A stretch of 64,000 nucleotides of DNA from Candidatus Micrarchaeia archaeon (GCA_038886535.1 JAVZXS010000003.1:15080-79079), one strand, 5' to 3'. Positions 18,837-29,320 are shown, counted from the first letter of the stretch. Program-made: numbers and translations. The notes: a model not told the origin generated them from the sequence alone.

Positions 18837-20351
18837 ATGTCAGAAGAAATTAAAGACAAAAAAGAAATAGATGAAATAAAAAATACAAGTGAGATGAAGG
18901 AAACAAAGGAAATTAGATCAAGAAATCCAAGATCTATGATCAAGGAAGATAAATTTGATCTAAAGGGAAAAAGAGTAATAGTTCCAGATACTTCAGTCAT
19001 AATCGATGGGAGACTGAGCGAGATTCTTAAGGAAAAGAATATTCAGCAGATTAGAGTAGTTATACACAAGGCTTCAGTGGGTGAGCTCGAACACCAGGCA
19101 AATTCTGGAAAAGAAATAGGTTTCAGTGGACTTGCTGAGATAAAGCTTCTTAGGGAGTTTTCTCAATCAGGTCAGATTGAACTTGAATTCGGTGGGGAAA
19201 GAAGCACGGAACTTATGGTAAAGGCAGCAAAACTTGGAGAGGTTGATGCGGCAATAAGAGAACTTGCGAAACAACTCAATGCAATGCTCATCACTTCAGA
19301 TAAAGTGCAATCTGAGGTTGCAAGAGCTGAAGGGATAGACGTAATATATCTTGAGCCAAGAAAATATCTGAGAGAACTTTCTTTTAAACAGTACTTAACT
19401 CCAGATACAATTTCTTTGCATTTCAAAGAGGACACAGTTCCTCTTGCAAAAAGAGGCAAGCCAGGCAATATTCAATTAGTTCAAGTGAGAAACGAACCCA
19501 TAACTAAAGAAGAATTAGAGATAATGATAAAAGAAATAATTGATACAGCTAGATCTGATAGTAAATCATATTTTGAACTTGATGCAAAAGGAGCAGCAGT
19601 TATTCAGTTAAGAGAGTTTAGGATTGCAATAGCAAGACAGCCATTCTCTGATGGAATTGAAATAACAATAGTCAGACCTATTATGAAAGCATCATTTGAT
19701 GATTACGCGCTTTCAGATAAATTAAGAAAAAGACTTCTTGAGAGAGCAGAAGGAATAATAATATGTGGTTCACCTGGAAGCGGTAAATCAACATTTGCAG
19801 CCGCATTGGCTGAGATGTATATGAAGAATAAAAAAATAGTTAAAACACTAGAATCTCCAAGAGATTTGCAAGTTCCAGATGAAGTTACGCAATATGCAGC
19901 ATTAGATGGTAGTTTTGAGAAAACAGGAGACATTCTTCTTCTTGTAAGACCAGATTATAGTATATACGATGAAATGAGAAAGACAACAGACTTTAAAGTA
20001 TTTGCAGATTTACGTCTTGCAGGTATTGGTATGGTGGGGGTAGTTCATGCAACAAGGCCGATCGAGGCAATTCAGAGATTTATAGGGAGAGTAGATTTAG
20101 GAATGATACCTCAGATTGTAGATACTGTAATCTTCATAAAAGACGGCAAAATCAAAAAAGTTCTTGAATTGAAGATGAAAGTTAAGATTCCATATGGGAT
20201 GAGAGATAGGGATCTTGCAAGACCTGTAGTTCAAGTAAGCGATTTTGAAACTGGAAAGGTGGAATGGGAAATTTATAAATTTGGAGATGAAACAGTAAGT
20301 ATACAAATAGAATCAGAAGATAAGTGGGAAAAACGTAATAGAAAGAGATAA
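18837..20351 (+). CDS. PIN domain / PilT-like ATPase / KH-domain protein (COG1855-type archaeal ATPase)
   Basis: VIVPDTSVIIDGRL (PIN), GSPGSGKST Walker A and a C-terminal KH-like region; SD AAAGGTGA upstream. Confidence 0.7.
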   Translation: MSEEIKDKKEIDEIKNTSEMKETKEIRSRNPRSMIKEDKFDLKGKRVIVPDTSVIIDGRLSEILKEKNIQQIRVVIHKASVGELEHQANSGKEIGFSGLAEIKLLREFSQSGQIELEFGGERSTELMVKAAKLGEVDAAIRELAKQLNAMLITSDKVQSEVARAEGIDVIYLEPRKYLRELSFKQYLTPDTISLHFKEDTVPLAKRGKPGNIQLVQVRNEPITKEELEIMIKEIIDTARSDSKSYFELDAKGAAVIQLREFRIAIARQPFSDGIEITIVRPIMKASFDDYALSDKLRKRLLERAEGIIICGSPGSGKSTFAAALAEMYMKNKKIVKTLESPRDLQVPDEVTQYAALDGSFEKTGDILLLVRPDYSIYDEMRKTTDFKVFADLRLAGIGMVGVVHATRPIEAIQRFIGRVDLGMIPQIVDTVIFIKDGKIKKVLELKMKVKIPYGMRDRDLARPVVQVSDFETGKVEWEIYKFGDETVSIQIESEDKWEKRNRKR

Positions 20352-20421
20352 AGAATAAGTAATCAAAAATAAAAGATAGAAAATTAAATAAAGAATAGAA
20401 TGGATGTTTTATTAATCATCA

Positions 20422-21039
20422 TTATATTTCATCTATGTTTATTTCTTCGTCTTTTCCATTTATCATTTTTCCAAATTCTCTTTCGATTTTTTCCAGTTCT
20501 TTTTTAGAAGGAATTTTCTCCTCATACATGTCATCTCTATCTTCTTTTTGATATTTCTTATTTTCTTTTATTTTATTTAAGCGAGCTTTAATCGAAGCTT
20601 TTTGCTTTTGAATCTTCTCCTTTATCTCTTTTATCTCTTCATCTTTTATATCATAAGTGTCTCTAGAAGATAAAAGTTCTGCTATTGGTTCGAGCAATCT
20701 TATAGAATACGAACCACCTAATGCTTTTTCAATAGCAGCCGCAACCCTTCTCGTAGTTGAGGGATGATTATTGTTTATTCTCATAACGTGGCAATTATGG
20801 ATTATGCTAATCGCGATTTCTTTTTCTTCAAATTTATTCGCTAGATCTATAAAAGGTTTCAATTCGTAATAATCTTCATATACCTCTGATTTCGATAGTC
20901 TCATTATAGTTTCATTTAGTAAGTAAGTATTATTCATTTGTCTGGACTTTATTTTTTTTGCCTCTTTTTCTTCTTTTTCAAATATGTCATCAAACTCATC
21001 ATCGTTTTTATAACTAAAATTTTGATTATAGTTTGCCAT
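20422..21039 (-). CDS. hypothetical protein, acidic/Lys-rich
   Basis: 205-aa ORF downstream of the Hef-like helicase on the same strand; no recognised motif. Confidence 0.45.
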   Translation of the reverse strand: MANYNQNFSYKNDDEFDDIFEKEEKEAKKIKSRQMNNTYLLNETIMRLSKSEVYEDYYELKPFIDLANKFEEKEIAISIIHNCHVMRINNNHPSTTRRVAAAIEKALGGSYSIRLLEPIAELLSSRDTYDIKDEEIKEIKEKIQKQKASIKARLNKIKENKKYQKEDRDDMYEEKIPSKKELEKIEREFGKMINGKDEEINIDEI

Positions 21040-21204
21040 GTTTTTAAAACATCAATTAGGTATATATTTCTTTCGCTTTTTTTCCTTTTAGGTCTTCCAT
21101 GAATAAGAGAATGAAAATATCTAGCATGTATAAAATATCTTTTTACCAAATGCAAATTATCAATAAGCAAACCCTTTAGGTCCAACTAATTCTTTTACTT
21201 ATTC

Positions 21205-22767
21205 TTACTTAAAATAATCCAAAATCTTTTGCTGTTTTATCTTGGGTGTTTCGTTTTTTTGCTTTTTCTCCTTTTTGCTTTTTTCTTCATTTTTTTCATT
21301 GTTTTTTTGTTCGAGTTTCTTTTTTTCAATAATATCTTTTATTACTCTTTTCATTTTTCTTTCTTTTGCTACAGATACGTATCTGAATATTTCATCTCTT
21401 GTACCTTTAGCTATCAAAATTAGTATCTCACCTTCTTTAAGTCTTCCAACTCTCCCCCTTCTTTGAATCATTCTTATTTCACTGGGAACAGGTTCATAGA
21501 AAATTGCAGTATCTGCGGATGGAATATCAATTCCCTCTTCACCGATTGAGGAGGCAACGAGAACCTGGATCTTACCCTCTGCAAACTCAGCTATTGTTTC
21601 TTTTTGTTTTTTATGTGCCGCACTTCCTTCCTTTCCTTTTCCTAAGAATTCTTTTGCGCTTATCCCGTTCTCTTTTAATTTTTCAACTATATGGTGCACC
21701 TGGTCTCTATATTGGGCAAAGACAATTATCTTTTTTCCTTCCCTTTCCTTTATCAGCTCAATTATTTTAGCGATCTTTGGGTGTTCAACACTTTTAACCT
21801 TGTTTGCTGCCTGATTGAACCTCCAGTCAATTCTTTTTTTTCTTTCCTTAAGACGTTCTAAAAATTTAATGTATGCAGTAGGGCTTTCACTTTCGAGAAG
21901 TTCTACTCCATGAAATGCATTGTAAAAAATAGCAAAATGACCAAGAGCAGCCATGTATCTATTTTCTACTAAATTCTTATATACTTGTGAAAGCCTTCCA
22001 CGTGGCGTCTTTCTTGATACTGTTATGTTCAATTCGTTTAGTGTCTTTGCCTTTTCATCCATCAATTCATTTAGTAAAGAAATCGCATCCTTTATTTCTT
22101 GAGGAAGTTCAACTTCTATCCATTTGATTTCTTTTTTAGGAATATATTTTTGCAAATCTTTATCTGTTTCTGTTCTTATTTCTACATTTTCAACTTTTAA
22201 TGCTTCCATTATTTCTTTTATTCTTTCAATATTTCCTCCAGGTGAGGCAGTTAAACCAATTATTGTTTTGTTAGTATTCATTAAACTTTCCTTTTCAATC
22301 CTTTCCTGCTCAAAAAATGCATTCGTAACATAGGTGTATGCATAATTTCCTACTGCTCTATGGCACTCATCTACTATCAGGCAGGAAAAAGTAGATATTA
22401 TTCCAGCAGGTTCATTTTCCATTGCCGTTTTTTCTATGTCATTTTTAACAGTTTGAGGAGTAGCAATAATTACATCATTCTCTTGATAAATTTGCAGTCT
22501 TTCTTTTCTGTTACTTTGTCCTGTTACTTGAGATATTTTATAATTAGAATCATAGAAAAATTCTTTCAACTTTTTTTCATGCTGATTGACAAGAGGTTTG
22601 GTCGGAGCAAGAAATAAGCATTTCTCTCCTCTTTTAAGAAAATGTTCAATTATAAGTGCTCCAATTACTGTTTTTCCAGTACCTGTAGGCAGTACAATAA
22701 GTGTATTCTTTTTTTCAATTGCACTTTTTGCTATTTTTTCTTGATATTCTCTAGGAATTATTTGCAT
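21205..22767 (-). CDS. hef: Hef/FANCM/Mph1-family SF2 helicase, helicase-only (no ERCC4 nuclease domain), with a Lys-rich tail ending in a PIP-box
   Basis: REYQEKIA, LPTGTGKT, IVDECHRAVGNYAY, LTASPG, QRRGRVGR and C-terminal QQKILDYF. Confidence 0.75.
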   Translation of the reverse strand: MQIIPREYQEKIAKSAIEKKNTLIVLPTGTGKTVIGALIIEHFLKRGEKCLFLAPTKPLVNQHEKKLKEFFYDSNYKISQVTGQSNRKERLQIYQENDVIIATPQTVKNDIEKTAMENEPAGIISTFSCLIVDECHRAVGNYAYTYVTNAFFEQERIEKESLMNTNKTIIGLTASPGGNIERIKEIMEALKVENVEIRTETDKDLQKYIPKKEIKWIEVELPQEIKDAISLLNELMDEKAKTLNELNITVSRKTPRGRLSQVYKNLVENRYMAALGHFAIFYNAFHGVELLESESPTAYIKFLERLKERKKRIDWRFNQAANKVKSVEHPKIAKIIELIKEREGKKIIVFAQYRDQVHHIVEKLKENGISAKEFLGKGKEGSAAHKKQKETIAEFAEGKIQVLVASSIGEEGIDIPSADTAIFYEPVPSEIRMIQRRGRVGRLKEGEILILIAKGTRDEIFRYVSVAKERKMKRVIKDIIEKKKLEQKNNEKNEEKSKKEKKQKNETPKIKQQKILDYFK

Positions 22768-22989
22768 GCTTTAAATCAGATATAAAAAAATATAAATTTA
22801 AAGGAACTTTATTTCTGGTAATTCTTAAATAATTAAATAAACAAAAATCACAGGAAATAAACATATCTTTTAAATATTTTTATACAAATATATATTACTT
22901 GTAATTAATTCTCTTCATTAAGCGAATCAGGTTCTGATTCTCTTGAAATGATGAAATGGTTGTATAAATTTTCAATAGAAGGTGTTTAA

Positions 22990-24171
22990 TTGAAACTTCC
23001 TAATATATATGAAGGAAATTACAGTTTGCTTATCATATTTCCTCTTGCACTTATAATAGTAAGTTTATTTTTAATACCTAATTTAAGATACGGAATAGAT
23101 CTTAAGGGAGGAATGCTGATAACAATTCAAACACAAGAACAGATAAGCAATCAACAGATAAAGGAAATTCTCTCACAGAACAATATTTATGACGCAGAGA
23201 TAAGATTATATCAGACACCAAATGGGAATATTGCTGAGATTGAAATAGCTACAGACAGGAGAATAACAGAAATAGATGACAAGCTTATCGAGATGGAGTC
23301 ACTTCTTAAGGATTCAAGCACGATCGAGAGCGAGCTTGCGAGATTGAGATCTGAACAACAAGCAACAGGGAAAGATCTTTCATCCAAGATAGCAGAGGAT
23401 GAAGCAAAACTAAGTTCTTTATCAAGCAAAGCGAAAGAATTGCAATCTCAAATATTTTCACTATCAGAGGAATTAATGGGTAGGAAAGCTGTTACACAGC
23501 AGGAAAGTTCAGATGATATATCTAAAATAATGAAAGCATCAAATGCAGTATTTGCAGAGGCAAAGGTTGTTTACAAGGACAGATTAATTTCTGCTTTATC
23601 TTCTTCTATTAGTAATTCAGATATGAAATTAGAGGAAGTGAGTCCTGCATTAAGCAGACTTTTCGTAAGCAAGGTGCTCAACATCGCATTGATCTCTGCT
23701 CTATTGGCGATTGTGGTGGTATTTCTTATATTCAGAACATTCATTCCATCCTTTGCAGTTCTTATAGGAGCAACTTCTGATATTATCATGGCTTTAGGTG
23801 CTATGGCATTTTTCGGAATCCCATTAACCCTTGCTTCTTTCGTTACATTAATGACATTGGCAGCCCTTTCATTAGATACTGACATGATGCTTACAATCAA
23901 GACAGTTAAAAGAAGAGAAGGTACTCCGAGAGAAAGAGCATATGATGCATTCAGAACAGGGTTTGCGATGACTACAACAGTTATAGTGGCATTTGCAATA
24001 TTGATGTTCTTAGGAATGTACACTCACATTCCAACTTATTACCAGATCGGTTCCGTAGCAGTTGCAGGTCTAATAGGAGATCTCATTGCTACCTGGTGCC
24101 TCAATTCAGTTTTGATACTTTGGTATTTGGAGGGCAAATATGAAAATCTCGCTCGCCTGGTTAAAAGATAA
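22990..24171 (+). CDS. secF: protein-export membrane protein SecF with an extended extracytoplasmic coiled-coil insert
   Basis: N-terminal TM, GIDLKGG, and a C-terminal multi-TM block (SLDTDMMLT). TTG start follows GAAGGTG. It overlaps secD. Confidence 0.7.
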   Translation: MKLPNIYEGNYSLLIIFPLALIIVSLFLIPNLRYGIDLKGGMLITIQTQEQISNQQIKEILSQNNIYDAEIRLYQTPNGNIAEIEIATDRRITEIDDKLIEMESLLKDSSTIESELARLRSEQQATGKDLSSKIAEDEAKLSSLSSKAKELQSQIFSLSEELMGRKAVTQQESSDDISKIMKASNAVFAEAKVVYKDRLISALSSSISNSDMKLEEVSPALSRLFVSKVLNIALISALLAIVVVFLIFRTFIPSFAVLIGATSDIIMALGAMAFFGIPLTLASFVTLMTLAALSLDTDMMLTIKTVKRREGTPRERAYDAFRTGFAMTTTVIVAFAILMFLGMYTHIPTYYQIGSVAVAGLIGDLIATWCLNSVLILWYLEGKYENLARLVKR

Positions 24172-25690
24172 ACGTGTAATATTCATAATGCTGCTCACAG
24201 CAGCTATGCTTTTGCTTCTCTATTTTAAGGGAGCTAATTTTGGATTAGAGTTTACAGGAGGAACAAGAATTCCAATCACTCTTGAAAAACCAGTTTCAAA
24301 GGCAACTATGGATGAGATTGTAAATACAATTAAACTCAGGGTAAGTAAATTCGGATTAAGCCAGGTTGTAGTTCGATCAGTTGGTGATCAGCAGGTTTAT
24401 GTCGAGCTTCCAGCTTCTTCTGATCAAGCCTACATTCAACAGGTTAAGGATATTCTTAGTTCTGAAGGAAAGTTTGAAGCCATAATTGACGGAACAACTG
24501 CAATAACTGGAGAGCACATAATAAGCGGAAGCATTAGAGATATGCCGTCAGTGAGTGGAAATACTATAAGATGGGGAGTAGGATTTGTTGTCAACCAAGA
24601 AGGTGCTAAGAAATTTGCTAATGCCGCATATGGAAAAGCCAACTATCCTGTTTATCTGTTTCTAGATAAGGCAGAAGATTCAGTAATTGTTATGAGAGAA
24701 ATCTATCTTGAAAATATCACTGTTCCAATAGAAGATGTTAAAAAGCAGCTTTCAACAGTTGCATCTTATGGACAAAATTCAGTAGTATTCGTGGATCCGA
24801 ACGATGATATAGAGGCTCAAATTGCATTAATATTATCTCAAAATAAGACAAAGATAATTATTTCACAAGAAGAATCGGTTTTAATTTCTAAAATTGATAA
24901 ATCGTATAAAGTTATTTCAAAACCCACTTCTGAATTCATTCCAGAAGTAATCAACATGGGGCTTGAAGGAATAACATTGAATCAATGGAGTGCGATCGGT
25001 CTTCTTTCAGCTCCAACGCTCAGTCCTGCACTTGCAACAGGACAGATCTCACAGCAGTTCAGTATAGAGGGAACTGCTAAAGGTGATACCTATCAAGAAA
25101 GGCAGGAATATGCAATTGCAGAGATGAAGAGAATAAAAAGTATTCTAAGCGGAGGTGCTCTCCCAGTTTCTATTGAATTGGGAAGTATAATATATGTGCC
25201 ACCTTCTTTAGGTAACGAGTTTCTTAATTATAGTATCATAGGAATGATTGTAGCAGGAGTAATAGTTCTTCTCTTCATTGCTTTTAGGTACAGGCATCCT
25301 GAACATATTTTCCCTCTTGTTTTTGTTGCCACCACTCAAATGATAATATTGATTTCATTCATGGCAGCAGTTGGAACGCTTGACCTATCAACAATCGCAG
25401 GATTATTCGGAACATTAGGAACATCAGTTGACTACCAGATAGTTATAACTGATGAGATTTTAGGAAGAAGCGCGGGTGGAAGAGACGAAGCGAAAAGAAG
25501 GCTTGAAAAGGCAAAATACATCATAAGCAGAGATGTAGGAGTGCTTACTGTAGTTATGCTTCCTCTTATGTTTTCAAATATCGTTGAGATTATAGGATTT
25601 GCGACAGCAACACTCTTAGGTGCACTGCTTGGTCTTGCAATAACTACTTTAGTATATAACGCAGTTATTGAAAAAACATACGAAGAATAA
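24140..25690 (+). CDS. secD: protein-export membrane protein SecD
   Basis: GLEFTGGTRI, a large extracytoplasmic domain and a C-terminal TM block with SVDYQIVITDE; SD GGAGGG upstream. Confidence 0.75.
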   Translation: MKISLAWLKDKRVIFIMLLTAAMLLLLYFKGANFGLEFTGGTRIPITLEKPVSKATMDEIVNTIKLRVSKFGLSQVVVRSVGDQQVYVELPASSDQAYIQQVKDILSSEGKFEAIIDGTTAITGEHIISGSIRDMPSVSGNTIRWGVGFVVNQEGAKKFANAAYGKANYPVYLFLDKAEDSVIVMREIYLENITVPIEDVKKQLSTVASYGQNSVVFVDPNDDIEAQIALILSQNKTKIIISQEESVLISKIDKSYKVISKPTSEFIPEVINMGLEGITLNQWSAIGLLSAPTLSPALATGQISQQFSIEGTAKGDTYQERQEYAIAEMKRIKSILSGGALPVSIELGSIIYVPPSLGNEFLNYSIIGMIVAGVIVLLFIAFRYRHPEHIFPLVFVATTQMIILISFMAAVGTLDLSTIAGLFGTLGTSVDYQIVITDEILGRSAGGRDEAKRRLEKAKYIISRDVGVLTVVMLPLMFSNIVEIIGFATATLLGALLGLAITTLVYNAVIEKTYEE

Positions 25691-25801
25691 AGATAAATTT
25701 TGAAGATGATAAGTTTAATAATTTTGTAACATATTAATTTCAATAAAAGATTAAGTCAAAACAAATAATTAAGACAAAGATATTTTCAATTAGGTGATAT
25801 C

Positions 25802-26014
25802 ATGATAGAAGAAGGCATGGTTTGCATTAAAAAAACAGGAAGAGATGCTGGAGAAAAATGTGTTGTAATCAATGTATTAGACAATCAATTTGTTGAGATT
25901 GTTTCAAAGAAAAGGAAACAGGCAAGAAAGGCAAACATACTGCATCTTTCACCCTTGGGTAAAAAAGTAAATCCAAAGTCAGAAGAAGAGATAAAGGCAG
26001 CCCTTAATGAGTAA
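25802..26014 (+). CDS. rpl14e: 50S ribosomal protein L14e (eL14)
   Basis: KOW-like KKTGRDAGEKCVVINVLD; conserved position just upstream of cbf5; SD AGGTGA. Confidence 0.8.
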   Translation: MIEEGMVCIKKTGRDAGEKCVVINVLDNQFVEIVSKKRKQARKANILHLSPLGKKVNPKSEEEIKAALNE

Positions 26015-26114
26015 GAAACAATCTGTCATTTTTATTTTTGCACTAATTTTTATTTCTTTTCATTCTTTATTTTAATTTAATACAATTGTTTAGTATTCTC
26101 TATTTGGTGCCAGT

Positions 26115-27083
26115 ATGGACGAATTAGTTTATATAAAAAGAGATTTTAAGTCAAATCCAGCTTATGGCGTTCCACCTAGAAAGAGGACAATAGAACAGCT
26201 TTTGAATACAGGTTTTATAAATTTAGACAAGCCTAAAGGTCCAACCAGTCATCAAGCAGTTGCGCAGATAAGAAAAATCCTTGGTGTGAAAAAAGCAGGT
26301 CACACTGGAACACTCGATCCCGAGGTATCTGGAGTTCTTCCAATTCTGCTTGGTTCATCTGTTTATGCTGCATCGTATCTAAATAAGGATAAGGAGTATG
26401 TTGGTGTGATGCATCTGCATAAAAATGTAGAAGAACGAAAAATAAAAGATTCGTTTGAAAAGTTTAAAGGAGAGATAACACAACTTCCACCAGTAAAATC
26501 TGCAGTTGCAAGAAAACCAAGAAAGAGGAAAGTCTATGAATTAGAAATAATTGAAATAGATGGAAGGGACGTTCTCTTTCGCGCCAAAGTTGAGGCAGGC
26601 ACTTATATAAGAAAGTTAATTCATGATATTGGTCAATATTTAGAAGTAGGGGCAAACATGACTGATTTAAGAAGAATTTCTGTTATGGATTTGACTGAGA
26701 ATGATTCAGTAACTCTTCATGAGATTGCAGAGGCTTCATGGCTTTTTAAACATGAGAATGATGACAGACTTTTAAGAGAATATGTTCTACCAATAGAAGA
26801 TGTATTGGATAAATTCGGGATTAAATTTATATGGGTTTCAGATTATGCCGTCGATCCATTATGTTCTGGCGCTCAACTTATGGAACCTGGAGTAGTCGCA
26901 TTTAATCAAGGAATAAAAGAAGGAGAAACAGTAGCAATTATGACGCTTAAGGATGAACTTATAGGTTTTGCATCTTCTTTATATTCTTCAGAAGATTTGA
27001 TAGAGATAGAAAACAAACAAGTTACAAAGACACTCAGAATAATTATGCCGAGAGGAATTTATCCTAAGTGGCAGAAAAAGTAG
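26115..27083 (+). CDS. cbf5: H/ACA RNP pseudouridine synthase Cbf5 (TruB family) with PUA domain
   Basis: INLDKPKGPTSH, GHTGTLDPEVSGVLPILLG and a C-terminal PUA-like region. Confidence 0.9.
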   Translation: MDELVYIKRDFKSNPAYGVPPRKRTIEQLLNTGFINLDKPKGPTSHQAVAQIRKILGVKKAGHTGTLDPEVSGVLPILLGSSVYAASYLNKDKEYVGVMHLHKNVEERKIKDSFEKFKGEITQLPPVKSAVARKPRKRKVYELEIIEIDGRDVLFRAKVEAGTYIRKLIHDIGQYLEVGANMTDLRRISVMDLTENDSVTLHEIAEASWLFKHENDDRLLREYVLPIEDVLDKFGIKFIWVSDYAVDPLCSGAQLMEPGVVAFNQGIKEGETVAIMTLKDELIGFASSLYSSEDLIEIENKQVTKTLRIIMPRGIYPKWQKK

Positions 27084-27199
27084 GTTCTAATAAACTGATC
27101 ATTAAATCAGATCATAAGAGAAATATAAAAAGAAAAACTCAACTTTATATTATCAAAATATAAAAATTTTATCTTATAATTATATATTAAAATTTTAAT

Positions 27200-27321
27200 G
27201 CGGAGATCGCATAACCTGGTAGTGCGCAAGCCTGGAAACATTTCATCAGGCAATATAATTGTATTTGCCAGGAAGCTTGTGGTCCGAAAGGGCCTTGTGG
27301 GTTCAAATCCCACTCTCCGCG
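27200..27321 (+). tRNA. tRNA-Ser(GGA), class II, with a 36-nt intron at canonical position 37/38 (27238-27273)
   Basis: Acceptor GCGGAGA/TCTCCGC with discriminator G. D stem GCAT/GTGC. Anticodon stem CAAGC/GCTTG with loop CTGGAA|A. Long variable arm GGTCCGAAAGGGCC. T arm GTGGG-TTCAAAT-CCCAC. Intron CCAGG pairs with exon CCTGG. Confidence 0.85.
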
Positions 27322-27542
27322 CTTAAATACAAAATGTATGAAGTATCTATAGGAATAGGCCTATAGTAATATTTAAAAAGTTGTTTATGATAATATATTA
27401 TACTTCTACATCTAACTTAAATGTAAGTATAGAAGATGCATAAGAACAGTCTTAGGCATCTCATTCTTATTACAGAATTAAATTTCAATGGTGCTTGTAC
27501 TTAATAAGCGTTAAAAGGTATCATATTTAATCCGTATAAAGA

Positions 27543-28109
27543 GTGAATAGAATGGTAAAAGATAATCTTCAAAATCCAAAATCAACTCCGAAAGAATCGG
27601 AGGATTTTAGAGGGATAGTGCACATCCTTGGAAAGGATGTAAAAGGACAAATAATGCTTAGAGATGCACTTAGGCAGGTAAAAGGAGTAGGACAAAATCT
27701 GTCTAATGTTTTTGCAAATGTAATAGCAAAGGAAATGAACATTCCAAAGGATATTCAGATAGGAAAACTAAGTGAGGAACAGGTGGAAAAAATAGAAGAT
27801 ATGATAAAAAATCCAGCAAAGTATAAAGTGCCATCATACCTATATAACAGAAGAAAAGATCTTGAGTCAGGCAAGGATATTCATGTAGCTGGTCCAGATG
27901 TAGCATTTACAACAAGAAATGACATCGAAAGACATAAAACATTATACACTTGGAGAGGATACAGACATGCTTATGGACAGAAGGTAAGAGGTCAAGGAAC
28001 AAGAACATCTGGAAGAAAAGGACTTACTGTAGGAGTTATAAGGTCAAAGGCAGTCCCAGGTGGGGCAGCCAAATCAGCTGAGTCTAAATCGGCTCAAGCA
28101 AAGAAGTAA
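27543..28109 (+). CDS. rps13: 30S ribosomal protein S13 (uS13)
   Basis: FRGIVHILGKDVKGQ...VKGVG and an Arg/Gly-rich C-terminus. The start may be the ATG at 27552 rather than the GTG at 27543. Confidence 0.9.
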   Translation: MNRMVKDNLQNPKSTPKESEDFRGIVHILGKDVKGQIMLRDALRQVKGVGQNLSNVFANVIAKEMNIPKDIQIGKLSEEQVEKIEDMIKNPAKYKVPSYLYNRRKDLESGKDIHVAGPDVAFTTRNDIERHKTLYTWRGYRHAYGQKVRGQGTRTSGRKGLTVGVIRSKAVPGGAAKSAESKSAQAKK

Positions 28110-28147
28110 TTTATATTTAATTGGATTTGTTTATAGAAGTGATACTT

Positions 28148-28675
28148 ATGGGAGATCCAAGAAAATTGAGAAAGAAATATGAAGTACCACAGCAGTTGTG
28201 GGATTCTGCAAGAATTGAAGAAGAAGGATCCATGGTTGAGGAATATGGATTGAAGAATATAAGAGAGGTATGGATTGCAAAATCATTGCTTAGAAAGATA
28301 AGAAATGAATACAAATCTTTACTTGCTCTTGGTGAGGCAGGAAACAAGCCAAAACAAGAGCTCCTTCAAAGAGTTATAAAGGCTGGCTACTGCAAACCAA
28401 CTGCAGTTCCAGATGATATTCTTTCACTTACAACAAGAGATATACTTGAGAGAAGACTCCAAACTATAGTTGTAAGAAACGGTCTTGCAAAATCAATGAG
28501 GCAAGCAAGACAGTTGATAACTCATGGATACATTTCAGTTAATGGAAGGAAAGTAAGATCTCCAAGCTATCAAGTATCTGTTGATATGCAGTCTAAAGTT
28601 GGATATTACAAACCAATCAAATTAGATCTGACTGAAAAGGCTGAATTGAAGTCTCAAAAACCAGAGGCTAAATAA
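28148..28675 (+). CDS. rps4: 30S ribosomal protein S4 (uS4)
   Basis: [15 protein letters not shown]-terminus and an S4 RNA-binding domain ([32 protein letters not shown]). Confidence 0.9.
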   Translation: MGDPRKLRKKYEVPQQLWDSARIEEEGSMVEEYGLKNIREVWIAKSLLRKIRNEYKSLLALGEAGNKPKQELLQRVIKAGYCKPTAVPDDILSLTTRDILERRLQTIVVRNGLAKSMRQARQLITHGYISVNGRKVRSPSYQVSVDMQSKVGYYKPIKLDLTEKAELKSQKPEAK

Positions 28676-28694
28676 TAATTATTTTTGTATAGGG

Positions 28695-29267
28695 TTGATG
28701 TTTATGGCAGAAGAATCAAAAGAAAAATTAGTTCTGAAAGAAAAAGAACAGGTTAAACCAATAGAAGAGGAAGAGAAAAAGACAGAGAAAGGTGAAGAAA
28801 AAGAAGAGAAAAAAGAAGGATTTAAGTTTAGAAAGCAGAAGGGAGGCGGAAGATTTAAGTCAAGGTCTGTTCTCCCATCTGGTCAAGGAAAGGTTGGAAT
28901 TGCACATATTTATTCATCAAGAAACAATACGATTATTACAATAACTGATCTCAGTGGTGCAGAAATAATTGCAAGAGGAAGCGGTGGAATGGTTGTAGAT
29001 GCAGATAGAGAGGAGGGCTCACCATTCGCTGCAATGAGAGCAACCGCAAAGGCTGCAGAAATCGCATTGAGAAAAGGAATAACAAGAATTCGAGTTAAGA
29101 TTAGAGCTCCAGGAGGACACAATGAAAAGACACCTGGTCCAGGAGCACAGGCAGCAGTAAGAGCACTTGCACGTTCAGGTTTAAGAATAGAAAGAATTGA
29201 AGACGTCACACCTGTTCCAACAGATACAACAAAGAGACCAGGTGGAAGAAGAGGAAGAAGAGTATAA
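28695..29267 (+). CDS. rps11: 30S ribosomal protein S11 (uS11) with a Lys/Glu-rich N-terminal extension of about 55 aa
   Basis: [23 protein letters not shown] core and C-terminal [18 protein letters not shown]; probable ATG at 28704. Confidence 0.9.
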   Translation: MMFMAEESKEKLVLKEKEQVKPIEEEEKKTEKGEEKEEKKEGFKFRKQKGGGRFKSRSVLPSGQGKVGIAHIYSSRNNTIITITDLSGAEIIARGSGGMVVDADREEGSPFAAMRATAKAAEIALRKGITRIRVKIRAPGGHNEKTPGPGAQAAVRALARSGLRIERIEDVTPVPTDTTKRPGGRRGRRV

Positions 29268-29320
29268 GCGATATGCATAATCATCCATACGCTTGTTTCA
29301 ACTCTATCGAGAGGGATTGA

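Noticed and set aside
20949-21185. 78-aa minus-strand ORF between the Hef gene and the 20422 gene
   Set aside because: It overlaps the start of the 205-aa ORF in another frame, and its translation is a basic low-complexity sequence. It is probably non-coding.
27107-27313. 68-aa ORF on the minus strand
   Set aside because: It overlaps tRNA-Ser(GGA) almost entirely and has no coding-like features. It is an artefact of the tRNA region.
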